Shown: positions 37,085 through 50,539 of the stretch, one piece after another
Layout of the letters: each line of letters begins with the position of its first letter
Position numbering within the stretch: position 1 is the first letter of the stretch
Source of the DNA: Octopus bimaculoides
Taxonomy: Eukaryota
Direction: 5' to 3'
NCBI RefSeq assembly: GCF_001194135.2
Contig: NC_068982.1
Coordinates: forward strand, 27,669,085 to 27,733,084
Length of the DNA stretch: 64,000 bases
Program-made: the position numbers and the translations under genes
Notes under the pieces: model-generated
Database searches by the model: none
Told to the model about the DNA's origin: nothing
The model's input: only the letters and a program-made list of their open reading frames with translations

Positions 37085-37094
37085 NNNNNNNNNN

Positions 37095-37130
<36 letters not shown>
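37043..37130. repeat. (TA)n microsatellite containing a 10-N gap
   Basis: Direct reading. Confidence 0.95.
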
Positions 37131-40100
37131 TCCTTATTGGACACATCTTCCAAAGAGAGTGTTGGAAGTTAAGGGTTGTAAGTCAGTTTGTCCCATGCAT
37201 AGGCTTTGTTGTACTTATGGAAACCCAAATGGTTTCATAATTCCTTAAGAATGAAAAAGATATTCCAGTCTGTATTAAAATTTTGTACGAACCATTTTAT
37301 CAGGATTGTAGCTGCCTTTTTATAGTGCAAATTTTTGTCCCAAAGTATTTCGTGTAAACACTAGGCAAAAGCTTCATACCAAAGTTCCATAGCAATAAGT
37401 ATGTCATCTCTGCAGGAAGTTTTGTAGTGTGTCAATGTTTTCAGTCAGTAACTCTTTTTTATTTATGTAATTGTATATTTCAACCACTATATTCAATATC
37501 TATTAACCAGAACATAAATATACAATATTTTGTGAAATTATATGTCTAGTGTTTGGGAAAGCATTTTGATCTGCTTAAACCAAACATGAAAATAAAAGCT
37601 TACTGCTGCTTACATTGACCAATACAACAATAGTTACCAATGTTCTACTGGTAGTTTCTTTTCAGGCTATTGATTTCGTTTGACTAGACACCAGGGAAAA
37701 TTTTGTAAGGAAGAGGATGTGCTCATTTAACTTTCGTTATATTAATTATACTTATTGGCCATAAAGTTATTAATACCAATGATAATGATGATGTACATTT
37801 TAAACTCAAAACCAAGAGGGAAGAATATGGGTAGTGTATTTGTGGAACAGTCCTGGTTGAATATAGCAATCTCTACAATTGGAAGCATGTCTAGTCATTT
37901 GACAGAATTCCCAGTTGGGGAATTTGTTGGTGCTTGTGATGTATGAAACGGTGTTCAGTTGACTGTTTCATGATTAGTTTATGTCTTGTTGAAAGCAAAA
38001 AGTTTCGTTATCTTTTGGTACTTAAAAGGATTTTTTATAAACTTTCATATTTATATTATGTAATTTTCAAAAATGTTAAACACTATTATATAAGGATGTA
38101 CATTAGTATCTTTGACTAATAGTGTCACTGAGAAAAATTGATTCATTTGAATATCCAAGAACACAAGATTAATTTAACAAGCAGTGAAATTTTTCATTAG
38201 TAAAATGTTGGAAAATCATTTCTCATAGCTTGTAACAACTTTCCAGCAGAATTCAGACATGATTATGTTGTAGCATTGGCAGTTAAACAGCATACCTACA
38301 GTTAAAAAAGTTTTCAGGTGGTTTAAGTCAAACATGGGCAACCTTGTTTTGAGAAGTGGGCCACATAACACAATCGGGCTGCACTACTAAAAAAAAATTC
38401 AAGGTAAATTTTCATTGTGTACCATTCAGAAAGTTCAGTTTGCCCATGATTGGTAAAAATGATGTGATTCAGGATTCTTTCAAATAACCTTTTATTGACA
38501 GCTTCCACAAAGCCCTTATTGTGTATTAAAGACTTTTAAAAGTTTTTATTTGTATGTGAGAGTTAATGTATACTTCCCAAAGTTGAATGAATCTAAAAGA
38601 TTTCGAGTGTTTTTTTTTTTTTTTTTTTTTTTTTTTGTAAATTAAGTATTCTACTACTTATTAATACTTGACCTAATGATGCAAGTTTTCCTTGCCAGAA
38701 ATATTTCATATTTATGTTATGAATTTTTTTTTTGTTTTATATATACAGATACAGGGTGAATTAAAAGTCACACCTCATCACAGCATTCACCTACTTTTCC
38801 ACTGCATTCATTAACACTCCCATCCAGTTTGACAACCAAGGATAAGGGATTATAGGATAGCTGGTCTACTGCCTTGCTCTTCATATTGCCAGCTGCTTGG
38901 ACAACTCTGGGCAGTTGCACTAAGTATGTCTGAACAATGAAACTGGATTACTGTTTTGTATTGGACTGTTTTTAGGATGAATGTACATTCATCTTTTGAT
39001 AATGACATCTTACTGAAATATATAACTATATATGTACATATATCAAGATTTTCACAAGGACTAAGGTAGTATTGAAAAAGAAATATTGTAAAATAAAAAA
39101 AAATTAATTTTATATATAATTTAAATGTTAGAGACTTCTAAATCTATATATAATGATATATTTATATTCCTGTTATTGAAGTTCATTTCAAATAATACTA
39201 GGCTAAATAATATTAAATCATCTACTACAGGTGATCTCAGCTTACTAGATTTGTTTAATTATAACAGAAGTTTCTTCATTTCTGTCTTTGAGACAAATTG
39301 AAAATGTTTTCATTAATGGAAATTTTATGGCATTACAAAAGGGAAAATGTTTGTTAAAGTTTAATTTTTTTTAACTATAATATGCATCCATATCTAGCTG
39401 AACAAATATAGCTTTTAAAAAATATCATTACTTTTGAAAGTAAAATATATGAAATATGAATTTTATATTCTCAACATAATTGTAAGAATTGATAAGACAA
39501 ATCTGAAGTTGAACCACAAAAAGAAATTGAAAGAAGAAAAAAAAAAACAAACAAATACTGCTGGTGATTACATTCATGTGAATGTATGAGTCTGGTGTGC
39601 TTGATAAAATAACTTACAAGAAAATCTGGCTGACATTGATTTTGGCTAATTACCAACTAGATTGCTAAGTTGGATGTTATTTGCAAGTTTGTGAGTGTAT
39701 GTACTGCTGGAAGATTAGTGCCTATCTGTGAGTTTGGAGTCATATATTTATTTTTTGTTTCGATGTACTCCTGAAGTTGAGAGTAATAATTTATTTGTTG
39801 AATCTTTGATGTTGTTTGTTGCATTTCCATATATAAAAATATTTGCTGCTATGTAAAGCAGAAAACAAATCAATGGTCTTATGATGTGAGCAAGAAATTG
39901 CAGATTTTGTAACCATGTACTCTTTCTAGGCTGCATGCAACAAAACAACTCATGGACTTGAAACTGTAATATCTTAAGTCAATGTAAAGAAGAAAAAAAA
40001 TCAGTGTTATACACTAACAGAGTAAATAAATTTTTTTTCTTTTTTGGACTTTTCCATTTATCTTTATTTCGTTTTTATACAATTTTTAGATCCAAAACTT

Positions 40101-41899
40101 TCTTAAGTATTTCTCTATATACTTCTAATGAAATTTATACTGGAAAAAAATTTTTGCATGAACCTTTTAAAAATGGTTGTCATGATTAAAAAGAAAAAAA
40201 CTTAATGGTAAGATACTTCTAATCTCAATCTCTAGTTGATTAACATTTCTTCTGCAATCATTAAGTATTTGGGGACTATAATACAGTTATATGTTGTAAT
40301 TACAACTGTAGTAGCATGAATTGTAAAACATCTTAACTGTTTAATATTGTTGCTCAGTCACTAGTCTTTTGATATATTTTAAATATTAGATGAAGTACAT
40401 ATCAAAACATTGTATGATCAAAAGCAATAAAGATAGATGTTAAAGTCCACACAAACAAAACAAAACAAAAAAATGTTATTTGTTATGCAAACATAATTTA
40501 TTTTTTTCTTATTCACTGATTATATAATCTCAGAAATTAAATCTAAAATTTTGGAGTTTTCCATTAAATGACTAGAGTTCATCTGCTATTTTAATAAAAA
40601 CTTCATTATATTTCAAATCATTACTATTCATTTTGTAATAAAAAAAAAATAAAGAAAATGTTTTGAATTCTATTTCTATCTTTTGTTACCTTTTAATTTT
40701 AGTGGCTTAGACAATCCTGATGTATCAATCATTGCAAATAAATTTCTGTATTCTCTTAGTTGTTCTATAGAAGCAGCTTCAACTGTTTTGGCATCAGTGT
40801 TTATGACTTTTTACTCATAATCTTGAATTTTTTTTCTTTCTTACAACTGTTCAATGCTATATGATATTAAATCCAGTTTATTTTTTTGCACGTTACAAAC
40901 ATCATTTTAATAGCCACAAATGTGGCTTTTAAAATGGTGATGTTTGCATGGGTTGAATGAAATTTGTGGAGGCAAATTTTCTATGACTGAATGTCCTTCC
41001 AGTCGCTGAAAGTAATCTTTCTCTTTGGCTGGACATGTTCCCACAGAAGTTTGGAAATGAAAGATACCACTTGTATGATGTTTATGTTACGCAATAAGAT
41101 AGCAACTTACACAGACAGGGGCTTCTTTCAGTTTCCATCCACAAATCCACTCTTAAGTCTATGGTTGACCCAAGGTTATAATAAAAGTCATGGTATCACA
41201 CAGTGAGACAACTGGAAAGCAAGCTTAACAGCACAGCCATGCCTATCCCTATGTTTCTAATAAAATTACTTCAAAAATAATGACTTTAATATAAGCACCT
41301 ATATACAAGTATTCATTTTTTCCCCATTAGAATGTCATAATTTATAGTTATGTCCACAATGATTTCCTGATATTGCACTCAAGAACAGAGTGGGTTTTTT
41401 TTTTTTTATCTAGGTTGAAGGCAGAAATGAGGGATGTCCCTGTATTTGACTGACATTTGAACAGAAAGCCAAAGTATTTCTCACAATTATTTTAAGTTGC
41501 CTAATTGGTAGATGTTATGTTCGTGTTTTTTTCCTGTCAGAACCCTTAATCTCAATCATACAGGATATATTGGATGCTGATTAGTTAGTTTCATAGTTGT
41601 CTTATTGCCAAAATTTTGATTCAATCTCCACTGCATTCCTCCCGTTTAACATGCAGTTGTCTCCCTTGACTACAATTAGCCGTGTGATTTTAATGTGAAC
41701 ATTTCCCCAACAATTCCCTTTAACTGTAAAGAATGGGGAACATTGGGAGGATATATTTGCTGATGTAAATGTGATTATAGAGTGGGGCATGTGCGTTTAA
41801 ATAATTGGATGTTCTCTTTGTGCAAAATCATGGATGATCTTGAATCCATAGTTGACAAGGAATATCTGCTATTAAATTGAACACTTGACATAGATTATG

Positions 41900-42600
41900 T
41901 TAACTAGTTGAAATTTATAGAAAAACAAAAGACGAAGACAGGTGTATGAACAACAAGCAAGTGTATTAGTTTGACGTTTGGTAAAATGAAAAAGTCCTTA
42001 TCTTTCGAGCCTACGCTCTTCAACAGAAAGAAATAAGAGAAAATATGTGGATGAAGAGAGGTGCTGAAAGTTCGGGAAGTGGTTCAGACATGCAAGTCCA
42101 AAGAGTAGAAAATTCAGTCAGGATTAAACTGGGGTAACCACGTGAGTGTATAATATGTAGTTGAAATTTATAGGATAGTGAGATAGTAAATATAATCATT
42201 GTCCTATAGGACAATTGGATAATGAAAGAAGCTTCAAACGTAACTTTTTCTCGTGGTAATATGTTTAAGGTTTACAGACTCCCATATCTTTGTTAGTTCA
42301 ACTGAAGAGGTTATCAAAGCTTAGCATATGTAATGATTCTTTAAACCTTGTCTTCTGATTTTGGACCTTATTTATCTTCACTTTCTTCCACAAAGGTTAG
42401 TGACTTATCATTACCTTTTACAAAGGGTCAGCCATATATATATTTTTTATGTCACCCTACAGATTATAGTGGTTAGATGTTCCATGCCTCACTTTCTATG
42501 GGTAACAGGTCTCGCTGATATAATTACATAGATGACACCTTTATACTCTGGACTTGTCAAGAAGATGCACAATTATTCAGTAAGACTTTAAATACAGTCC
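41900..42600 (-). mobile_element. Penelope-like element 3' remnant with hammerhead-like motif
   Basis: Minus strand shows decayed endonuclease-like sequence (LTKIWES). GTTGAAATTTATAG occurs twice (~41908, ~42158). Minus 41996-42030 reads CTTT CTGTTGA A GAGC GTAG GCTC GAAA. Confidence 0.55.
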
Positions 42601-43904
42601 CCAACTGAAAAGGCAATTGGCTTTCTTGAAGGTGCTAATTTCTTACAGAGTGCTTACATTTTTATATCACAAAACTACATTCACTGGAACTGAGCTATCT
42701 GTGTACCTACTGTCCTGTACAAGTCTGAGACCAGAACCCTTTATTGGCACCAAATCAAACAACTCAGATTCCATTTCAGATTGCTCCAAATCATCACAGA
42801 AGGTACCTCATACCAACATCCCCCTGGTAGGTTGGGATCAACAGCATTGAGGCCTGCATCCTTCACTGTCATCTCTGCTGGGTTTGCCCATATGATTCAA
42901 ATACCAGATTACTGGTTGCCATAGATGGTCCTCTTCAGTGAGATCAAGGCTAGAGTCAAGCCTCATGCACACCCAAAACTTTATTTTCATGATCATCTAA
43001 AGCAATGTCTCATTTTATGTTGTATCCCTCCCAATCAGTTGGAGGCCTTGGCTGTTGCTTGGAAGGCATGTGCTGAATCAGTGCTTTGAAACCAAATGCA
43101 GGAGACTGTCAGCCCCCTGTGGTTGTTGTTCAGGTCACTTGCTGTGCCCTTAGTGTCACGTAATTTGCTTATCTTATGGCTCTCTTGTCAGCCACATTTC
43201 CCATAGGGAACAATGTGCTGGAAGAGGAGGAGGATGATGAATGTCCTGGATAGACATTGTCATCACTTTTGATAGGTCATCATAAGTAGACAAGTAAGTA
43301 CATTCGCTGAGCCATATTTAATTCTTGCATCTGTACAACAGGAAGAAAAGGATTGTCTATGGCCTACAACATTGACTGTAAGTAGTAACCCAAACACATA
43401 CCAGTAAAAGATGATAAGGATTAGCTTCTAACAGCAAAGATGTCAGTCAAAAAGCAGCAACAACCTGTCTGCCTTGCATAAGAAGCATGTTTGCAAGACT
43501 TCAAATCTGCAGTGTGTACAACATCATGACAATATTTAAAAGCAGATCTACACTTCAGAGACATTTCTCTCAAACAAATTATGACCAAGAATTCTGTATA
43601 TCCCATCTCTTGTAGATGTGTCACTGAATATAAAAGTAAGACAAGCAAAACATTGTAAAGTCATAACTAATGACAAGATAGAAATGTTCAGCATCACACT
43701 GGATGCTTTATAGTCAACACTCTATTGTCTGCTGTTTTACTTTCTTTACTGAATAGTTTCATTTCGTGGGAAAATATTTTCACTTTTTGGTGAGGAAAAC
43801 AACTGCTTTCAATAACATAAATACTTTTATTTTCAAATTAGACCTGGAAATGAAGAAATATCCAGACTTCCACAAACTTGCAACTCAAATTTTGAGTAAT
43901 TCTT

Positions 43905-44620
43905 TAAAAGGCTTTTTACCAACGGTTCAGGCCTTGTGTCCATGGTAGAAAGGATTATTATTATCATTAAGGTGGTGAGCTGGCAAAACTGTTAGCTAAC
44001 TGGGCAAAATGTTTTGCAGCTTTTCTTCTTGCCAAACATTCTACCAAAGCTGACTCTGCCTTTCATCTTTGCAGGGTCAATGTAATCGACTAATCCACTT
44101 ACCCAAAATTTCAGGCTTTGCGCCTTTAGTAGAAAGGATCATCATCATCATTATCATCATCAAGGCAGCGAACTGGCAGAATGGTTAACATGCTGGACAA
44201 AATGCTTAGCGGTATTTCGCCAGTCTTTACATTCTGAGTTCAAATTCTATCAAGGTTGACTTTGCCTTCCATCCTTTTGGGGGTCAATAAATTAAGTACC
44301 TGTGTAACACTGGGGTAGATGTAATCAACTAGTCACCACCCCCAAAATTTTAGGTCATGTGCCTATAGTAGAAAGGATCATCATCATCATCAAGTGTGCT
44401 GGCAGAATGGTTAACATGCTGGACAAAATGCTTAGCGGTATTTCGCATCACTATGTTCTGAGTTCAAATTCTGCTGAGGTTGACTTTGCCTTTCATCCTT
44501 TCAGGGTCAATAAATTAAGTACCAGTGAAACACTGGGGTAGATGTAATCGACTCATCCCCTCCCGCAAAAGTGCTGTCCTTGTGACAAAATTTGAAACCA
44601 TTATTATTATTATTCATTCA
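43905..44620 (+). mobile_element. Head-to-tail array of ~4 family-A SINEs separated by (ATT)n/(ATC)n tails
   Basis: Repeated GCTGGCAGAA..GTTA.C and GCCTTTCATC..T...GGGTCAAT cores at ~43980, 44170 and 44400, plus a leading tail. Confidence 0.8.
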
Positions 44621-44960
44621 ATATCTGTTTTCCAAGCTGGCATGGGTTGGACGGTTTGATGGGGGCTGGCTAGGCAGAAAACTACGCCAGTCATAAAAAC
44701 CCTGCTAAAACAGTGAAGCCATCTTACAGAGTGGACTGAGGGTGCTTTTTACATAGCTCCATGGTTCCGAAATCAGAAACCATTATTTTGAGCAATTATT
44801 CCTTGTTTGAAATTTATTGTTTCTTTATTTCTGTTATTTTACTTTTTACGTGCTCCTTCATGTACTCCCACACTATATCATCCCATACTGGCCCCAATTT
44901 TTTTTATCAATCCTCTGTTGATAAAGAAAGAATGAAAAAACTCATTGCATCAAAAACTGA

Positions 44961-45437
44961 GTAAAATTCTGCTTCAAACACCCCATATAAACCCTCATAA
45001 CTTTTTTTTTGTTTGGGAATTTTCAAGAAATTCTCGCGAATTTGTATTCAACACATGAGAAGTCATACGGCTACGTAAAAAAAAAATTCTTATTCTTCTG
45101 AATTATTTTTTAAGCTTTTTTTTAATTTACCGATTTTTTTTTCTTTTGTAAAATACGGACAGTTCGAAGTTTTTGATTAAATCCCGGCAATAGATCATTG
45201 AATGAGTGTATAGAGAGAAAGATATTGAAAAACATCAATACGAGAAGGGTATCAAGTGGTCGTGAGATGTACCTAAAATAACAGCTAAATTGCACTTAAA
45301 TCATACACAATTTTTGTTGATTTTGCATAATTGTATGAATTCCCGAGTGTAGAACACAAATTCGCAAAATTTTTCTGAAAATTATAAAAGAATATGATTA
45401 TGAAGGATTATATGGGGTGCTTAAAAGAGAATTTTGC
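44961..45437. mobile_element. MITE-like foldback with ~120-bp imperfect arms
   Basis: AAAATTCT...CACCCCATATAA.CC.TCATAA...GCGAATTTGT.TTC.ACAC is mirrored at 45315-45437. Confidence 0.7.
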
Positions 45438-47797
45438 CAAAGACTATTAATTTCACTTATTTGCAGTTTTAGTATGTTTTTAAATAACTAATATTTCTTC
45501 CACGCTGCAATTGTTTTAGTTTCAACACACGGTGTCAGATAAAATTATTTGCCAGGCCAGTAACCTCTAAAAATAAAATAAAAATATAATTAATTTCATT
45601 CATTTGTGTAAATTAAAAAGAAAACTAAAGTTAACGAAAGTTAAAACGCTAGCTAATATCATCGAATTATTAATACTCGATATTGAGATGGGAAGTTCCT
45701 TCATGAATGGACAACCTTTTTCGAGAAGCAGACCGCATAAGACATGGCTCATAAGGCGGGCCGCAATATTAAAAAAAATTTCAAGGTAAGTTTTCGTTGG
45801 GCGTGCCGTGCAGAAAGTCCTGCGGGCCGCAGATTGCCCCTGACTGACTCTTTCTTATAGACACACTCCTCCCTCTCTCTCTAAGATTACGAGAGTTAGT
45901 TCCCCTAAAAAAAAATTTTGTCTAATTTCCTTTCAAACACTTGTCTTTTATGCAATTATGTGTTCATTAGAAGCTGATTTTCTCTGTTGCTGCTCAGATT
46001 TTCTCGCTACGTCTAACTCATCGTGCACCATATCTTCTATCTATCTAGTGCAATTAGATGTTAGACTGATGTAAAGGTCTAAGACAAAGAAACATTACAT
46101 TAATTGTCTTTGTGATTTTTGTCTGGAGAAATAATTTCATGAGTTAGAAGTTGGTGGTAAGACTAATTGTCCCTTCTAAACCTTAATACGACATCTGTTA
46201 AATTTCACGATCCGCTTACGTTGGTAAGTTTTACAAACATCGTATTCGATATTTTATTTTTTACGAAAATACAACTGCATTAATAACCTGAAGTCTTTTA
46301 TTGACATAACTACAATTTGGTATACCTACTCACGTAACTTTTTCAATAATACATATCTTTTAATGAAATTTTGCTGAGATATGTTTTCGAAGGCGGTGAT
46401 GATTATGTGGCTAAAATTTGTTCAAGTTTATTTTTCTCAAAAATTTCATACGTTTTTAAGCATTCAATAACTTGCTTGTAATCATTACACAACAAAACAG
46501 TACATTACAATGATTGATATTTTTCAATAATAATACTATCGATTTGTATTGTAAGTAAACTGGGATTTTTTTCTTTGTTTTAGTTTTAATGTTATGCATT
46601 TTTTTTTAATCTGAAAAAGAAAATATAAAACAAAAACAGCCCTGCATGGTCACAGCTGGAGTATATTTTATCATAAATTTGTCTGATCGCTCAAGGCTGA
46701 CCTAGGTCTACATAGCCAAGAAAACACAGACTCACATATAGTATTAATAAAATGCAGAAAATATTTATAGTATTTTATGCTTTAGAAAACGCATGTCAAA
46801 AGAACAGAAACCGCGGACTATTGTTGCTCATCGACTATGTATTGAATCAGTGCAATAAATGTTTATGCTATGAGAAAAAGAGATCTTAAGATATGTATAA
46901 AAAATAGATCATAGAGAGTGAACTACTGTATTCAGTAGTCCCCATTCTGATATGTACTTTAAAAACTGAAGTTTACAGAAACAATGCTACATTATAATGT
47001 TATCAACATTTTTGTTTCGTTGCCACATATATTAATTACATGGCCGTTAAAAGAAATTGCATAATTTCTTTTATTTTTCTTGTTATCTGTTATTTAACCT
47101 GTGACCAAAATAAAATATTAAATTATTTACTTCGATGATGCAGCAATCGAAGGTGATCCAAATGCTTTACTTAGAAGATGCCTGTATAATTATTAATTGA
47201 TTCTATAGTTTGGGCCTTCCAGAAGATGTTTGAAATGTGAGGTGGTTGCCAATTGCGATATGAAACGTCTAGTTCATTTTAATAACTGCTACTGACTTTG
47301 TCATTTCATAGCATATCGAACTGGACAATTCTCAGATTGCATGTTACACCAGAAAGCTCAGAACGTATCTTTAAAGGCAAATTTGATGAGTTATCATTAA
47401 TGTGATTCAAGGAAATTGAACTGCATTGCCACTATGTTAAAAGAAAAATCGTGATTGATGCATACATTGCAAGCTTCACCATCTTATTCATCGGCTAGAT
47501 AAATAAAGTAAATAAATAAAATAGAATAAGCCTCAGAAGTCTATGGATATTATTAATGTCGATTTCATTACTGGTTAAATATATATGCACTAAGCATAAT
47601 TTCAGACTGGGAAAGCCATATTTACACTTATGGCTCAATCTGTCAGTTTCATGAAAACAAGGGCTAGAGTCAGTACTCTTGACAATTATGTAACCAACGC
47701 TGCTGGCATTGGTGCAATTTGAACTTATTGAATTCCGGAGGGTAATGGAGTGGTGAAAGCTATCAAAACTCCAAGCTAACTAGGATGAAATGATAGT

Positions 47798-48017
47798 TTA
47801 TCCTTTAGCATTTCAACTGACCATATCAGACCTGACTATTCTCCCTGTTTTATGTTCAAGCTGGTCAGATCATGCATCTCATACCTACTATGTCATTCTA
47901 AAAATAACAACCACATTATCGAAGTCTCGACACTATGAGATATGCAAGATTAATTCAAAGCAATATGAATAAATAAGCATCCCATTTAACAGAGTAATTT
48001 GAATGCTAAAGGTTTAA
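47798..48017 (-). mobile_element. TTAA-flanked (piggyBac-like) MITE
   Basis: Termini TCCTTTAGCATT ... AATGCTAAAGG-TTTAA; same family as 5179-5382. Confidence 0.65.
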
Positions 48018-49663
48018 GCATACAGTTACTTGCTAGAGTTTCTTTCACAGGATTTCTTTCATCACTTCTCTACTCTACCAGTCTCATCAGCAACAGATTC
48101 TTATCCTTTTCTTCAGTCAATATTCCCTTGTCATTGGATTTGGAGATTGCATTGGTCACCCCAAGATGATGAGCATAACATCTGACCTCCACATATGGAG
48201 GTAATGAAAATGGGATGACATACCTTGCAAGAAGTTATTTGACACTAGCAGGTGTCCAGTATGCATGAAGTTGCTAACTCAGTTGCCTGTTTCCAATCTG
48301 GGAATTCTGATATCTCTGCAGAAATGCTTTGTTATAGCATTGGTGCTAAGACTGTAAGCTGGCAGAATGTTAAAAGTGACAAACAAAATGCTTTATAGTG
48401 TTTTTCTTTCAACTCTTTACATTCTGAGTTTAAATCCCACTGTGGTCAGCTTTGTTTTTTTTATCCCTCTGAGGTCAATAAAATAAAATGCCAGTCAAGG
48501 ACAGTACTCAATGTAATTGAATAATCTCTTCTCAGAATTGCTGGTCTTGTGCGTAAATCATATTAACTGACAAAGCAGTCTATCATTGTAGCAACCAACA
48601 AAACCTTCAAGAAAGTGTTTTTTCTGACATTCAGCCATAGATTAAATATGCAAAAATTTAAATTCCATGGTTCCAAATACGATAATAGTGGAAAAGGTGA
48701 CACTTTCATGGCCATGTTACCAAACTAAGATTTTCCTTTTCATTATTCCTCAAAACCTTGCATCTTTATTTCTTCAGTCTGTGGTTAGACTATTTTTATA
48801 TTAATTTTGGAACTACTGTACATCACATTCTTTAAATTGTATAATGTGAAGACCTGTCTTAATTGGATTCCTTTTGATGAATGTCAGAGTTTGTGTTAGC
48901 AAAAGTACTCTTGACTAAAAATTCAATACAAAGTAGGGTTTAACTTGCTAGAAATAGTAACCAAATCTCCCTGAAATTACATTCCACTATTTTTAAATGG
49001 AAAGGGCACACAAGATAAGGAAATCCTACAGGTTTAAAAAACATTTACAAAAATAATAGGGGGCATAAATTATTGAAATGATTTTGTATCATTTAAAAGA
49101 AAAATTGAAGTTAAGTTAAAATGAATGTATAAAAAGTGGAACAGTTTAGATGAAAGACAATATATTCCAAAAGTAAAACTTAAATGGAGCATGAATCAGG
49201 TCTAATTCCAATTTGTTGCACCTCTATACCTAAAAGCAATCATTCCAAGGTAGGCTCTAAGTGATTATTCAATGTGTTGGAAGTAGCAACCAAATGTCCT
49301 TCAAACTACACCCCAATGTTTTAGAAAAAGAAGGCTACATTGATTAATGATGTAGTCCTACTTACTTTGTATGAAAGACAAGATAATCATAGAATGCTTT
49401 TGATTATAGGTCTGACTGATGACTAAATGACATGGCATCATCATAATTTAACCTCTTTTCATGCTGGCATGGATAGGAAGGTTTGACAGGGAACCAGCAA
49501 ACTGTAGGGTTGTGTCAAGCTCAGTGCACAATTTTGTAGTTTAACATATACTATGGCACACAATCTGAAGGTGTGACTGTAGTTTACAAATATTAAGGAC
49601 TTAGCACAAGGTTGTAGGATATAATTTTAGTAATAGATTAAAAAGTAAAATTCAGGTAAAGGT

Positions 49664-49892
49664 TTAACTCTCTAGTGTTTAAACCAGCCATATCTGGCTC
49701 AAATTCTCTATCTATTTTATGTTTAAACCAGCCAGATCTACCTTCTCACACTTATTTTACAATATCATTCTAAAAAAAAATTAATCACATTGAATTCTTG
49801 AGCATCCAAGATAATGCAGGATTAGTCTAAAACAATGTAAATAAATAAGCATAATCTGAATATTCAGAGTAATCTAAATATTAAAGATTTAA
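49664..49892 (-). mobile_element. Older copy of the TTAA-flanked MITE
   Basis: TTTAAACCAGCCATATCTGGC...AAATAAATAAGCAT...CAGAGTAATCTAAAT. Confidence 0.55.
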
Positions 49893-49996
49893 ATCTACAG
49901 TTTATTAGTATAAATGTATTAAAATTCCATTGTACAATCTCTATCTCTTCTTTCTAAGTATCTTCTCTGTCTTAAACTGTTTCTTTATTATTTCAG

Positions 49997-50539
49997 GTTA
50001 TCAGATGACATTGGCATAACATAATTATTTTCTTCAAATCCATCAACAATATCATCTTTTAAAGACTAAAGAAGTTTTTATTCTGAACACATAAAACCCT
50101 ATTAACACCAAATCTTGAATTACAGTGGAAAAGTTTCTCTCAACTGAAATTAAGAGCAGCAACATTTCTACAGTAATTGTCTGGAATATAAAATAATCAT
50201 ACATTCATATTAAACTTCAACAACTTGCAGTGAAGTCAGATATAACTGACCTTACTGCAAGAATTTCCACATGAACAGTCTTGATAAATGGATCTATTTT
50301 GATGTTATTTTACTTGCTTGTTTCCCATGACAAGGCAGGGTTCTAGCATAAGCAGTATTGGAATAATTATGTCTCAAATGGTTGAATACTAATAAATTAT
50401 CTTGTGACTGTTTGCAAGATCTTCAGATATTGTCATAAAACCACAGGTAGTAGAAATATACCAGGAAAAATAAACGTTAGGAATGTTATAGAGAAACAAA
50501 GTCAAGAAAAATATTTGTATATTGTGCTGAAGGAAAATT
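49997..50539 (+). other. Probable 5'UTR part of the ZNF coding exon
   Basis: Strong acceptor ttctttattatttCAG at 49995-49996, ~540 nt upstream of the ATG. A candidate upstream non-coding exon donor is TTG|gtaagt at 46224. Confidence 0.45.

Noticed and set aside
38750-39010. TACAGGGTGAATTAAAAGTC, a Tc1/mariner-like terminus
   Set aside because: No matching second TIR or clear transposase motif found; too weak to call.
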